A stretch of 64,000 bases of DNA from a virus. The DNA lies in the IMG/VR virus record IMGVR_UViG_3300021420_000019, positions 1 to 64,000 of that record; one strand, 5' to 3'. The notes beneath the pieces are model-generated. The model was not told where the DNA came from. It was given only the letters and a program-made list of their open reading frames with translations, and searched no databases. The position numbers and the translations under genes are program-made. The number at the start of each line of letters is the position of its first letter. Position 1 is the stretch's first letter. Positions 30,603 to 40,824 of this stretch are shown one piece after another.

Positions 30603-31402
30603 TAGAATGCGGCGTTCTCTGTGGCCTTCCGGCGCAGGAACTCGAAACTGATTCCCATAGACGCGCCGCCGCTGACCGTGCCCGTACGTGGGCAAGAGCC
30701 GTTCGGTCCGTTGCCGCCCGTGACGCCGAAGGTTCCGTCGCAGACCGGATTTCCTTGAGTCAAGAGGTGAGCCACGTTGGTAGAAAAGGTCATACGAATC
30801 ACAGCGGGACCCACGGCCCCCATACGAGACACGAAGCCGAACTCCCCGCCTTGCACATGGTCTGTCTCGGTGCCGTTAGCGCCTGGTAGAGCACACGCGA
30901 CGGCGGTGCCACAGGCGATCCCGTTAGCAAGCTGCTGGAAGTAGCCGAAAGTAAATCGTGTCGGGATTCCCCACGCGATCTTGCGCCACGTTAGGCCGCC
31001 GTGGACGTAGTAGCTGCCCTTGTGTATGTTCGTGCTGTAAGTCGAATAATCGGCGCTGCCGCTCAAGCCGAGGCTCTTGCCTGGTGTGATCCAGACGGTG
31101 CCGCCAGCGGTGGTGATATTCGCCGATCCCGTGCCAAGGTTGATGTGCGACTCAAACGGAATGACAACACTGTACACTTTGAACACCGGAGAGAACCCAT
31201 CGCTGAAGTCGAACTCGAACCGCTTCGCGAACGGAACTTCTATGCCCGCGTCCAAAGACGCAAAATAGTTGCCGAGGTCGCCGCCACCGTGCGTACCGAC
31301 GAGAAATCGGAAATGGTCGTCGTAAGTCGGACTCGTCTGGGCGTTTGCTTTAACAGCGAATAGCGACATCAAAAACATGACTGCGATCATTAACTTTTTC
31401 AT
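30602..31402 (-). CDS. Exported beta-rich protein (possible outer-membrane barrel)
   Basis: Signal peptide ending ANA; alternating aromatic/Gly strands; C-terminal Phe. Confidence 0.55.
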   Translation of the reverse strand: MKKLMIAVMFLMSLFAVKANAQTSPTYDDHFRFLVGTHGGGDLGNYFASLDAGIEVPFAKRFEFDFSDGFSPVFKVYSVVIPFESHINLGTGSANITTAGGTVWITPGKSLGLSGSADYSTYSTNIHKGSYYVHGGLTWRKIAWGIPTRFTFGYFQQLANGIACGTAVACALPGANGTETDHVQGGEFGFVSRMGAVGPAVIRMTFSTNVAHLLTQGNPVCDGTFGVTGGNGPNGSCPRTGTVSGGASMGISFEFLRRKATENAAF

Positions 31403-31410
31403 ATTTTCTC

Positions 31411-32652
31411 CTATAGACCTATCGAATCTTCGATGTACTTGACTGTTGCCACTGGCCCCTCGTTCTGGACTTTATATTCGAGTGTAGATAAATATTTTTC
31501 CCAATTTTCTACTGAAAGTTCGTTCATTGACTGTAATCCGGGGAACATCATGATCGCAAGATTTCTAAGCTTATCTGCGTTACCCATACCCTCTCGGGGA
31601 ACCATTCCGGCAGGCTCAAAATAATCGTTAACCAAATGGAATAATCGCTGCCGAAATGGGCGAACTTGCTCGGGTGTTAATCTCGGTTTAGAAGGCGCTA
31701 CAGAAGCTATCGGGACACCCAGGGCGGTTCCAGACACCTGAAGCGTAATAGGGGCTGTAATAGGCTGCGGGGGCGGTTCTGGGGCTATTACAGGCTGTGG
31801 TTCAGCTTGCTTGGGCGGCTCAGATGGCCCTAGATCGACCTTCTTTTTGTTCGGGCCGCGTGGCTTGCGGGTCTTCTTAGGGGCTTCAACAGATATAGCG
31901 GCACGTACCTTCCCAGCGTCAAGAAATGGTTCGTGATGCGTTGGCTCTACACCCGCTTCTTGATTTAACTGCGCGATAGCGTCAGCGCGAAGTTGGGCCT
32001 GTTCTTTTTCAAATTGTTCCTGAGCGTCAGATAAGATGGGTTCTTTTGATAACCCTAACCCGATGGAAAATTCGCCGAGGACATAATTAGCCTTTAGATT
32101 AGGAATATTTGGTTCTGGAGTTACATCTTTACCGGGCTCGCTACTCGGCGCTACCGTAGGTTGCGGCGCGGTCCACTGGGATACTTGCTGTTGAACGTGC
32201 ACGGTCTTGCGCTGATTAACTTCGCTTTCGTCCAGGACACCGGATGCGGCGAACTGAAGTGCTAATCTCCGCAAGGCCCGGGTACTGGCCGTCATAACCG
32301 AGTCGTCCAGTTGGCTGCCCGTGAGTCCGTCGATGTACTTTGAGCCGATGGCGATCTCTTGCCTCCCGCTCTTATCAATCCCGACAGCGGTGAAAACGAT
32401 TGAACCGCCGACCATCTGATTGGTGAGCGATTTCACATCGAGTTTTAGATTGTTGCGTATGGCCTCGGCTCCGCCGCGCTTTACGTAGGCCACAAGGCGA
32501 GCGGGTCCCTCCCCGTCATCTAGGCGGGTCAGTGCGACCAGATTGAGGTTATCTGGTACCCCTAGGTGATGGCATAGCGCCTTTAAATACGCTTGGCGCT
32601 GCGGTTCGGTTAAACTTTCGAGATCGTACATTGGTGTATAGGATTCGGTCAT
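31411..32652 (-). CDS. Putative single-strand annealing recombinase (RecT/Bet-like) with Pro-rich tail
   Basis: LVAYV...MTASTRALRR pattern; lies near the nuclease and helicase genes. Confidence 0.5.
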   Translation of the reverse strand: MTESYTPMYDLESLTEPQRQAYLKALCHHLGVPDNLNLVALTRLDDGEGPARLVAYVKRGGAEAIRNNLKLDVKSLTNQMVGGSIVFTAVGIDKSGRQEIAIGSKYIDGLTGSQLDDSVMTASTRALRRLALQFAASGVLDESEVNQRKTVHVQQQVSQWTAPQPTVAPSSEPGKDVTPEPNIPNLKANYVLGEFSIGLGLSKEPILSDAQEQFEKEQAQLRADAIAQLNQEAGVEPTHHEPFLDAGKVRAAISVEAPKKTRKPRGPNKKKVDLGPSEPPKQAEPQPVIAPEPPPQPITAPITLQVSGTALGVPIASVAPSKPRLTPEQVRPFRQRLFHLVNDYFEPAGMVPREGMGNADKLRNLAIMMFPGLQSMNELSVENWEKYLSTLEYKVQNEGPVATVKYIEDSIGL

Positions 32653-32669
32653 ATTGTCTCCCTAAGTGC

Positions 32670-32698
32670 ATGGTAACAGATTGTAAAAGTCTTGTCAA
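32670..32698 (-). promoter_or_regulatory. Sigma70-like phage promoter
   Basis: TTGACA-17-TACCAT with extended TG. Confidence 0.65.
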
Positions 32699-32711
32699 GC
32701 CCTATTTCAAA

Positions 32712-34916
32712 CTATTTATGGTAGAAAAAATCTTCATGCCCATCGGCTCCTAGAGGCAAAGTCGGGGCCCAATATACAGGCCGAGACATTATCGCCGTCA
32801 TCTGAATTATCCCGGGCGCGAATGGATCGTCTAGGGACAGGCAGCCGCCCTCGTCATGTACGTGGATTACTGTCTCTAGTCCGATTTCTTCAAATTCTAG
32901 GAGCTTATCCGCCAGCGCGTCCCGCGCAATCCCTTGCACTATGTTCTCAAAGTTATGACCGCCGTGACTGACCACCTCAACCCATTGATGGGTATCTTGG
33001 TCCGTGCTGTAATAAATAAACACAGGACGATAAACGTCTTCCATCTCCCCGGTCTCGAAATTCTTACGCTGCCACGGCATCTTTCGGCTTTCGATTGCCG
33101 CGTCCATGTAGTGAAGGTATCGGCCAGAGGGGAGTTGAATCCTTAACATCGGATTACGACCGTCGATGCTAATTTTATCTATCGTGACGCAGCCCCCCGG
33201 GCCGATCTTACGAATCGTGCGATCTCCCTTGAGTACGTCTGCGACCGCCTCTTCGAGCTGGACCCAAATCCCTTTCATCTGGCCGCTGTAGCCGTTTCCA
33301 CAAATCTCGGGATAGGACTCACGGAAAATCTTCGTAGCCTCGTACGCCTGTTCTTGGGACATATCGATGCCCATGCCTTCAGCGTATCCCCACAGTCCGG
33401 TTTTATAGCGATCTCCGTTTTCATCGAAGGCCCACTGACCCCCGCCCATACGATAGATAGAACCTAGGACAGCGGGCTTTGCGACCTGACGCATACGCTT
33501 AGCAGCGATCTGTCTCTCTTTACCGTTCTTACCTTTATAGTCATCCCATAAATTTTCATACGGAATACCGTACATCTTGCTAGCAAAATCGAGGTACGGG
33601 TCTCTATTTTTCTCGAATACATCTAGCAGTGGCTGGCACTGCGAAATCCATGCGCCAACACGGGTCTCTATGGCGTTCAAATCGCACACATTCATCCTTT
33701 GACCTTCAGGAGCTACGAAGACCGTGCGAATAATATTCTTCGTAATAATCAGCGGAGAGTAATACTTCTCGTTTTTATCTACAAATGCGGTCTTCAAACC
33801 TTCATAATCTTCGGCGTATACCAAACTTCGCGCTTTGCGAACGTTGTCTAGGTCTTCAAATGTCGCGTCTGGGCGGGCCATGTTGTGGAGCTGTGCTGCC
33901 GCTGAAGCCCACCGTCCGCACCTGCTACTACCCATAAAGACAAACTGATTCCGCAAGCGATCATCTGGACTGATATGTTTTAAGATGGTCTCTAGCTTTT
34001 TATAGCTGGTCGAGCTTGCCTCTAAACGTGCGGTCAATACTTGACGGCACTCCTCGGTCATCTTGACTTCGGGGTCTTTCAATACCAGTTCAATGTTCGG
34101 CTTACGAAGGTTACCAAGTAAATAGCCCCTAGCTTTAAGCCAAGGTAGTAGTTGATTACGAGAGTTCGCATTTTCAAGTCCTGTCTTTAGATTTTGCAAG
34201 TCTTTCTTTTCTTTCTTGTTCTTGCTGCCTATCGCAAATAGCTTTTTGACAAATCCTCGGTCAGTTGGCATCCCACGGTCATTAACACGCTGGTCAAAAA
34301 GCCAAATTTTACGCTCTCGATCCGGCAGAGGAAACACCCCGAGCAACATCTCTCTACGGGCGACCTCCTGTTCGGCGATACAATCTTGTTTGCAATAGTC
34401 TAGAAGCAGGACCCACTCTGCCGGATGCGAGTTCCAGTCATTGAAATATGTTCCGCCGCCTTCCTTCTTCTTCCTGGTCTTCGGATACGAGAACAGGTCC
34501 AGCAACTGCTCGCCGCGCTTATCCTTGCGCATCTCCCGAGGTAATCCGAGGACCATCCCGACATCCTCCAAATTTGCAGGCAGTGATAGGTACCTGGCGC
34601 TTGCCTGCGGGTCTTGAAATCGGGATGCCGGAATTATGATGCCGAGTACATATTGGAAAATGTACCGTTCGAAGGCACTATTGAACGCAATGATCTGGAC
34701 GGTCGGGTCTTCAAGTGCTGTAGCTAGCCGCGCCGGAACCGGACCGAGGTGTGGTTGCCATATCTCGACCGAGGTCACCTTGTCTACATCTAAGTTCTTG
34801 ACGAGCCTCCACGCCAGGCAGAGAACTTTAGTTGTTGGGCTAATCGAATAATTGTGGAGCCCAACTTCAGTAAGTTCCGCTTCGCTTTGAGTTTCAAAAT
34901 CGAGAACAAGATACAC
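32712..34916 (-). CDS. polA: Family A DNA polymerase with 3'-5' exonuclease
   Basis: DFET, FNSAFE, YCKQD, DLNAIETR, RQVAK, ENIVQG, HVHDE. Confidence 0.95.
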   Translation of the reverse strand: MYLVLDFETQSEAELTEVGLHNYSISPTTKVLCLAWRLVKNLDVDKVTSVEIWQPHLGPVPARLATALEDPTVQIIAFNSAFERYIFQYVLGIIIPASRFQDPQASARYLSLPANLEDVGMVLGLPREMRKDKRGEQLLDLFSYPKTRKKKEGGGTYFNDWNSHPAEWVLLLDYCKQDCIAEQEVARREMLLGVFPLPDRERKIWLFDQRVNDRGMPTDRGFVKKLFAIGSKNKKEKKDLQNLKTGLENANSRNQLLPWLKARGYLLGNLRKPNIELVLKDPEVKMTEECRQVLTARLEASSTSYKKLETILKHISPDDRLRNQFVFMGSSRCGRWASAAAQLHNMARPDATFEDLDNVRKARSLVYAEDYEGLKTAFVDKNEKYYSPLIITKNIIRTVFVAPEGQRMNVCDLNAIETRVGAWISQCQPLLDVFEKNRDPYLDFASKMYGIPYENLWDDYKGKNGKERQIAAKRMRQVAKPAVLGSIYRMGGGQWAFDENGDRYKTGLWGYAEGMGIDMSQEQAYEATKIFRESYPEICGNGYSGQMKGIWVQLEEAVADVLKGDRTIRKIGPGGCVTIDKISIDGRNPMLRIQLPSGRYLHYMDAAIESRKMPWQRKNFETGEMEDVYRPVFIYYSTDQDTHQWVEVVSHGGHNFENIVQGIARDALADKLLEFEEIGLETVIHVHDEGGCLSLDDPFAPGIIQMTAIMSRPVYWAPTLPLGADGHEDFFYHK

Positions 34917-35818
34917 TATCGGTTATCTCCGTTTCCTTTTAAAACTTTTCGCTTCTTTCTGTCCTCTAACTTCTTGAGATTCGCCCGCATAATATCTTCA
35001 AGAGAAATATCTAGTTCATGCGCCAATTGACTAAGGTACCACGCTACGTCTCCGGCTTCTTTAATCATTTCTTTTCTAACATCTGCCGTCAGTTCCGTGC
35101 CGTTGTCTCCCCTAATCAATTTCTTAAACTTCTCGGCAACTTCTCCGGCCTCTCCTGCCAATCCTAATATAACATACATAAGACCGCCGAGTTCTCCTCG
35201 GTGTGGGTATACTGCGGTTTTTGAAGCCTTGTGCTGGTATGCTCGAATTGTCATATATCGCCACTTGCGATTAACTTGTTGCTCTAGCGGGGTGGCCCAG
35301 CGACAATTTAGTGGTTCGTAGTTGCCGTCGGAATCTATTCTATCGAGTGAATACTCAGGGGCTGGTTTTGCCCCCATATCCGCTATGAAATTCTCAAACG
35401 TGTGCCAGCGCTCACAAACTTTAATACCCCTGCCGCCATAATACGGGTAGCCTGTAGAAGACGGGGTCTCACACCTAGAAAGCATTCCCGCCCACACCTT
35501 GTATCCTAGGGATTTTGATTTACCGTGGCTCTTTTGTCCTAAATACTTCTTACACCCGCAACTAACTTTATCTGACTTTCTAACATCTGCTGCTCCCCGA
35601 GAAAACTCTTTTCCACAGTCACATTTAAAATAATAAGTTCCGCCACTTGTTTGCTTAACAAATTTAATAACAGTGGCGTACCCGATCTTAACACCCACGT
35701 TTATCGATTCCGGCACGACACGCCCCTTTACGCGCTTTCTTTCTAAACAAGGCGAGCAAGTCTTAAAACCAGCCTGCGCTTCATTTTTATTACAAGTTGA
35801 GCATATCACGAGCCACAC
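34916..35818 (-). CDS. HNH endonuclease fused in frame to a MazG-like NTP pyrophosphohydrolase
   Basis: YYGGRGIKVCERW...SLDRIDSDGNYEPLNCRWAT, then GLAGEAGEVAEK...EAGDVAWY...N..KL.DR. Confidence 0.88.
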   Translation of the reverse strand: MWLVICSTCNKNEAQAGFKTCSPCLERKRVKGRVVPESINVGVKIGYATVIKFVKQTSGGTYYFKCDCGKEFSRGAADVRKSDKVSCGCKKYLGQKSHGKSKSLGYKVWAGMLSRCETPSSTGYPYYGGRGIKVCERWHTFENFIADMGAKPAPEYSLDRIDSDGNYEPLNCRWATPLEQQVNRKWRYMTIRAYQHKASKTAVYPHRGELGGLMYVILGLAGEAGEVAEKFKKLIRGDNGTELTADVRKEMIKEAGDVAWYLSQLAHELDISLEDIMRANLKKLEDRKKRKVLKGNGDNR

Positions 35819-37449
35819 TCTCCTCCGCGACTAACGTCGCAAATCGTAGTTCCTGACTCTTCGTATACGTGACCCTCGTTAGCCAACGCTTCGCTAAGAG
35901 GCACTGGATTCAAAGGCTGCCCTGGGCGAGCCCCATCCGGGTAGCAAGTCAAGCCCCTCAGTCGAGGCAGATACCGAATCAAAATATTTCCAAAGTCTCT
36001 AACTTTGCTATCATTATTCAATTCTGATCCCCACGCGGGAAGATTAATCGTACTACTAATGCTGTGATCTACATACTGTTGAACCCACGCTTGAAAGGCC
36101 AACCTGCGCTCAACGTCTCCCGCTAAAGTATACGCGTCCTCGATCTTTTCCGCTGGTACGCCCAGCTCCATGAGACGTTTTGCTGTAGGATCAACTACGA
36201 ATTGGTAGTTCCACACAGAGCCCTTCAGATATCTACGCTTATATGCGGCGCAGAATAAAGGTTCGATACCTGTGGAAGTTTCTGCTAAAATTCCGATACT
36301 TCCTACTGGGGCAACCGCACGAGTTTTAACAGGAACAGTTAGTTCCCACCTCTTTGCGTATTGCTTTGCTATCATACCAGATTTTGCATAAACTTTCAAA
36401 TATTCTTCTAACTCTGTGTCCGGCTCGTATCGTTTTCCGTGGACTAATAGCCACTCGTGCAGGCCCATCAACCCGAGGCCTAGACGGCGGTTCTTATTTC
36501 TAACCTTATCTATTCCGGGGAACGGTATATCAGAGTAAACTGTCCCAGCTAAAAGGAACGCCGTAGCCAGTTCCGTAACTTCACGCATATCCTCCAGGGA
36601 CGTGATCCTGGCAAGATTAATAGAACCCAGATTACAGACATCACTATCATCAGCGCTGGTAACTTCTGTGCAAGCATTTCTCAGTGTCTCCTTCGAATTT
36701 TCCCCGAGATCGATAGAAAATCCTGGCTCTCCGGTCTTCAGCATCTGTCTAACGGTAGCCCAGTACACGCCCTGAGCGTGACTGTATAGCTCGTGCTTAT
36801 CATTACCGTAGGCTTCAAAAAACTCGTCGTCCAATAATACAGAAATATTTGTTCCGTCCATTGTCGCGGGAAAATTATAGTCCGCCGCTTTAAGTTGTCG
36901 AACCTCTGGAATCCAATTCTTCAAAGTAATAAACTTGTGAATATCTGGATGCGACCACTTCAGCCCCGCCCAGATGGCGGATCGACGGGAGCCCCCCTGC
37001 ATAATGAATCTTCCGAGTTCGTTCAACATTTGGGCAGCGGCCAGAGGCCCCGTAGAAGTGCCTCCTGTCTTACGGATGGCCTTACCTTCTCCGCGTACAT
37101 CGCTGTAGTCAACGCCTATGCCGCCCCCGGTCATCAAGGCCAGGGTTCCCTTATGCATCAGGTCGGCCCACCCCTCGCGACTATCCTCTGCGCGAAATAA
37201 AAAGCAATTATTTGTTTGATGGAATAAGCGACCTGTGGCAGCCAAGTAGCGACCGCCTGGAATAAACTTACGATCTCGAATAATCTCATGCGTTCGCTTA
37301 ACTTGGTCTGCGGGCGCGTGAACCGCTTTCAGTACGTTCTTGCTTACGCGGTAAGCGACGTTGTTCCAATCTTCAAGCGTTCCGTCTTTCTTAGTGTGCG
37401 CATATTTCTGCTTTAAAATTGTTTCCGCGAACTTTGACATCTCGGTCAT
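35806..37449 (-). CDS. nrdJ: Class II (B12-dependent) ribonucleotide reductase
   Basis: PGGR, NCF, GEPG, NACTE, CNLGSINL, APVGS, ISSTIN; no small subunit nearby. Confidence 0.9.
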   Translation of the reverse strand: MTEMSKFAETILKQKYAHTKKDGTLEDWNNVAYRVSKNVLKAVHAPADQVKRTHEIIRDRKFIPGGRYLAATGRLFHQTNNCFLFRAEDSREGWADLMHKGTLALMTGGGIGVDYSDVRGEGKAIRKTGGTSTGPLAAAQMLNELGRFIMQGGSRRSAIWAGLKWSHPDIHKFITLKNWIPEVRQLKAADYNFPATMDGTNISVLLDDEFFEAYGNDKHELYSHAQGVYWATVRQMLKTGEPGFSIDLGENSKETLRNACTEVTSADDSDVCNLGSINLARITSLEDMREVTELATAFLLAGTVYSDIPFPGIDKVRNKNRRLGLGLMGLHEWLLVHGKRYEPDTELEEYLKVYAKSGMIAKQYAKRWELTVPVKTRAVAPVGSIGILAETSTGIEPLFCAAYKRRYLKGSVWNYQFVVDPTAKRLMELGVPAEKIEDAYTLAGDVERRLAFQAWVQQYVDHSISSTINLPAWGSELNNDSKVRDFGNILIRYLPRLRGLTCYPDGARPGQPLNPVPLSEALANEGHVYEESGTTICDVSRGGECGS

Positions 37450-38129
37450 GGGGCCACCCTATCGTTCTCAATAAAATACTTATACGTCACTGGCATCTTC
37501 TCCTCAAATAACGACTCTAGCGCCTTCGCGTACTCTCTAATCTCAAATTGAGCTTTCTCTGCGTTTCTCAGCGCCAGAAAGTTCATAAGAGACCGAGCGT
37601 TGCAGGACCAGTACATTTCGCTATAGATATTAACAGGTAGAAAGAAACGGGCCTGCTCTTTTGCTACCCCCAAGTCCAAAGCCCATTGATAGTTTTCATA
37701 AGCATCATCACAAAAGTCCTGTAATACTTCATCAAATACCAAAGCTTTATCCGGATCAAAGGATTGATAAGTATAGTGTCCTGGCCTCCCTACTTGTGTC
37801 CTGACATTCTCAATTTCTGGAATATAAAATTCACCTTTCAATTCAGAATACCTAGCGCTCCACTCGTTAATAGAAACGCCTATCCTATGCCGGTGCCACT
37901 CCCGAAACACGAAGATCGGGGCCTTGACTCTAAACCGAAAGAAGTTCTGTTCAAACGGAGTGCCGTGACGGTTCTTCATCAGGAATGCGATCAGCTTATC
38001 GTCCCCGACTTCCATTATATCATGGTGAGCGTTGAACGATACCCGGGCACTGTTCACTACGCTTAAGTCGTCGGCGCAATAGTTTTCGAGGTCTACGAAT
38101 CCCTTGTCAAGGACTTTAATTTCGCTCAC
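37446..38129 (-). CDS. thyX: Flavin-dependent thymidylate synthase
   Basis: HGTPFE, RHR...NEWSARY, EQARFFLP, AQFEIR. Confidence 0.96.
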   Translation of the reverse strand: MSEIKVLDKGFVDLENYCADDLSVVNSARVSFNAHHDIMEVGDDKLIAFLMKNRHGTPFEQNFFRFRVKAPIFVFREWHRHRIGVSINEWSARYSELKGEFYIPEIENVRTQVGRPGHYTYQSFDPDKALVFDEVLQDFCDDAYENYQWALDLGVAKEQARFFLPVNIYSEMYWSCNARSLMNFLALRNAEKAQFEIREYAKALESLFEEKMPVTYKYFIENDRVAP

Positions 38130-40162
38130 TCATCCTCCTCTGGTAAACGAAGTAACACCACCTGCTTCGGGCTGCTCTTTGTCCCCTGCCCATCCTCCGC
38201 TATCCACCCGCCTTGGATCAGTCCCACGTACACCTGCCTCCACAAACTTGTTCCGTGTCTCTCGGGATGCAAGACCCGGTTAAGGTCTCGCTGTAGCATA
38301 GCGCCGCCGTTCCTTTGAAGCAATTGAATAATTTCTGCTTGAATGGAGCCCTCTCGCGTGGTCGTCTCGGGCACATATAGATAGCGCTTCACCGCTAGCT
38401 CATATTTTGCAATCGCGTACGCCCTTTCAAGAATATCGTCGTCTATACTGTCTCGTCCGATATCTATAGCAAGGGCCAGGGCCCACTTTTCCGCTCTCTG
38501 TTCGACCCTATTGTTAATTTCTGACAGGTGATCCAATCTAGTCGTATCCCCATCGATAGAGTAAACTGACTTTTGCACAGCTTTGTCAATCCGTTGCCTT
38601 GTGATTACCGCAGCGTCCTTTGTATTCACCAAAACTTGAGGCACGGACTTCGGGAGAATCTCTGGCTGAAAAATGTATACGAACCGCTCATCGTTGCCTT
38701 GGGCCGAAGTGATAATCGGGCTCATGGTCTGCACGAAGTTCTTATCCGTTGTCGCGGCTATCAAGCTCGCGCAGTATGTCTTCGGCTGGTGAGAGTACTG
38801 CTCCTTCTTCGATTTAACTGTGTTAGCGAATAGCCCGCTCTCGTACATGGTAGACAGTGCCTGCCCTAAACTGCTCCCCTCGATTGACGCCTTCTTAGAC
38901 AGCGTCGCTAGCTCATCGAAAAACAAGATAGAGTTTTTGCAATTTGTTCTGGACATTTCTATTCCGATCCCCTCGGGCGATCCCGCCGTCCAGATCAAAC
39001 TTTTGCCTTCCGCGTTCCTGGTTCCCTGGTGCGCGTAGTCCACGATACCCGCGTGATTCAAGTACTCCACAGCGTCTTGGATAGACGAACTCTTGAACAG
39101 CCTTCCCTTTCTAGCAACCAGGACGAGATACATAGACGGAATCAAACCCTTGTACTCAATGCGTACTTTGGTTCCGACGTAATTAAGAAGGATAGTTAGC
39201 GCGGGGAGCATCATAAATTCTGCCCTGCGGCTCGGATTCTTCTCACAGATCGGACGAGCGAAGCCCTCGTACATAGAACATCCCGAAAATAACCACTTTG
39301 AATCAGGGAACGTAGGGTATGGGACTGCCTTGACGATTGGCCTCTCTATCGGCTCTGGCTGTGGTGCGGGCTGGCCGAGAGGAACGCCGCCCATGATTAC
39401 CGGAGCTGGTTCTTTAACCTCGTATCGGCAGACTGAGTGCGCAATCTTTCTGGCCATCTCTCGATAGTCAGAACCGTAATTCTCGCAGCGCTTCTCACAT
39501 ACTTCCACAAGCGCACTATAGATAGCTTCCTCTTCTAATCCGTCTTGACGAAGTTTTCCACCGATGCGGGTAAGAGTGATATCATGTGACCCACGGGGGA
39601 TTTTAGGGCCGTCTGTACTCGCGGTAATCTTTTCTTCCGCGTTCTTTCGCGACAGGCACCACTGAACCAACCACGGCGGAGTATCCGCTACCTCTGCCGC
39701 TGATACTATCTCGTATTTTCTACCGGATGTTGGGTGCTCGGAGCCAGCGCTGACGGCGTACCTTGCATCGGCCCGTGCGCTCCACAACTCTCCTTGATCG
39801 TCCTTAGCTTGACAGTTCCCCATAGCTATAGATAATTCGCTATGCTTGAACCAAAAGTGCCCTTTTCCCGGGGAACTTCGAACCACTAAAGTGTTCGGAA
39901 AAGTTTGCCCTGTTTGCTGTTCGATCTCTTTGTGCAGATTAGGGCGGTCCACCTCGAAGACCCAAAACCCACCGAGTTTAGCTAATGCGACGGACGCAGC
40001 GTTCGCATCTGGCATCTCTTCAGACCACTTTTGAAGGGTTTGTAAATCCGTGGTAGCTCGGGTGGGCCAATCAGTTTCGAAGGCGATCTTAGTCTTAGGG
40101 CGTAGGCGTATCTGTGGTATTCCACGCTCTGCTAAAGGTTTCGCGATGTCGAAGAATGTCAT
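38126..40162 (-). CDS. Bifunctional primase-polymerase with C-terminal helicase-like domain
   Basis: EVD...GHFWF...SEHP.SG..Y prim-pol domain, PriCT-like helices, FFDEL. Confidence 0.8.
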   Translation of the reverse strand: MTFFDIAKPLAERGIPQIRLRPKTKIAFETDWPTRATTDLQTLQKWSEEMPDANAASVALAKLGGFWVFEVDRPNLHKEIEQQTGQTFPNTLVVRSSPGKGHFWFKHSELSIAMGNCQAKDDQGELWSARADARYAVSAGSEHPTSGRKYEIVSAAEVADTPPWLVQWCLSRKNAEEKITASTDGPKIPRGSHDITLTRIGGKLRQDGLEEEAIYSALVEVCEKRCENYGSDYREMARKIAHSVCRYEVKEPAPVIMGGVPLGQPAPQPEPIERPIVKAVPYPTFPDSKWLFSGCSMYEGFARPICEKNPSRRAEFMMLPALTILLNYVGTKVRIEYKGLIPSMYLVLVARKGRLFKSSSIQDAVEYLNHAGIVDYAHQGTRNAEGKSLIWTAGSPEGIGIEMSRTNCKNSILFFDELATLSKKASIEGSSLGQALSTMYESGLFANTVKSKKEQYSHQPKTYCASLIAATTDKNFVQTMSPIITSAQGNDERFVYIFQPEILPKSVPQVLVNTKDAAVITRQRIDKAVQKSVYSIDGDTTRLDHLSEINNRVEQRAEKWALALAIDIGRDSIDDDILERAYAIAKYELAVKRYLYVPETTTREGSIQAEIIQLLQRNGGAMLQRDLNRVLHPERHGTSLWRQVYVGLIQGGWIAEDGQGTKSSPKQVVLLRLPEEDE

Positions 40163-40233
40163 TAGTCCTCTAGAAAGGTAGAATAGCAGGTCTCTCCCTG
40201 CTAGTCACGCCTAATCGTGGCGTTCCGGTTAAA

Positions 40234-40803
40234 TTAGAACTTAATCGTTCCGCCTTGCGCGTTCGCGGGCTGAAACTGCGTGGTCTGTGCCTGTTGCGCT
40301 GTCTGGGGCGGCTGTGCGTAGGTCTGTACGGGCTGGCCCTGTGGGCCCGCTGTGGTCTGTGTGCGAAACTTCACGCGAACGTAGTCCGCCGGAACAGGCA
40401 GAACAAAGCCTGCGGGAGCGGGGACGATCCCCATGATATTCGCGTAGTCCTTCAGCCCGTCCGGGCTCTTCTCGCGACTAATGAAGAGTTGACGAACTTG
40501 ACCGATCAAAGTCTCGGGATCAAGTGTCGGCAGCGGAGGATTTCCAAGGATCATCTTTACAGTCTTGTACAGATTTCCCTTCTCGTGCCATGAGGACGCG
40601 TTGAGCTTCTGACTCCAGACTTGAAGCGGCTTCCCGTCTTTGCCCACTGTTGCTAGGCTCCAGATGAATCGAATAGCCGGGTACGACTTTGCTTGACCGT
40701 TGAACGTGCTGGTAATAATACCAAGATCGACCACATCGACAATTACACCGATATGGGGTCCGGCCTCCGGTTTTTCAAATTGCTTTGCTTGAGGTATTAA
40801 CAT
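40234..40803 (-). CDS. Putative ssDNA-binding protein
   Basis: PEAGPH...VVDLG...YANI with Gln-rich tail ending in Phe; replication context. Confidence 0.55.
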   Translation of the reverse strand: MLIPQAKQFEKPEAGPHIGVIVDVVDLGIITSTFNGQAKSYPAIRFIWSLATVGKDGKPLQVWSQKLNASSWHEKGNLYKTVKMILGNPPLPTLDPETLIGQVRQLFISREKSPDGLKDYANIMGIVPAPAGFVLPVPADYVRVKFRTQTTAGPQGQPVQTYAQPPQTAQQAQTTQFQPANAQGGTIKF

Positions 40804-40824
40804 TGTTTTTCTCCTTTTTAGTTT

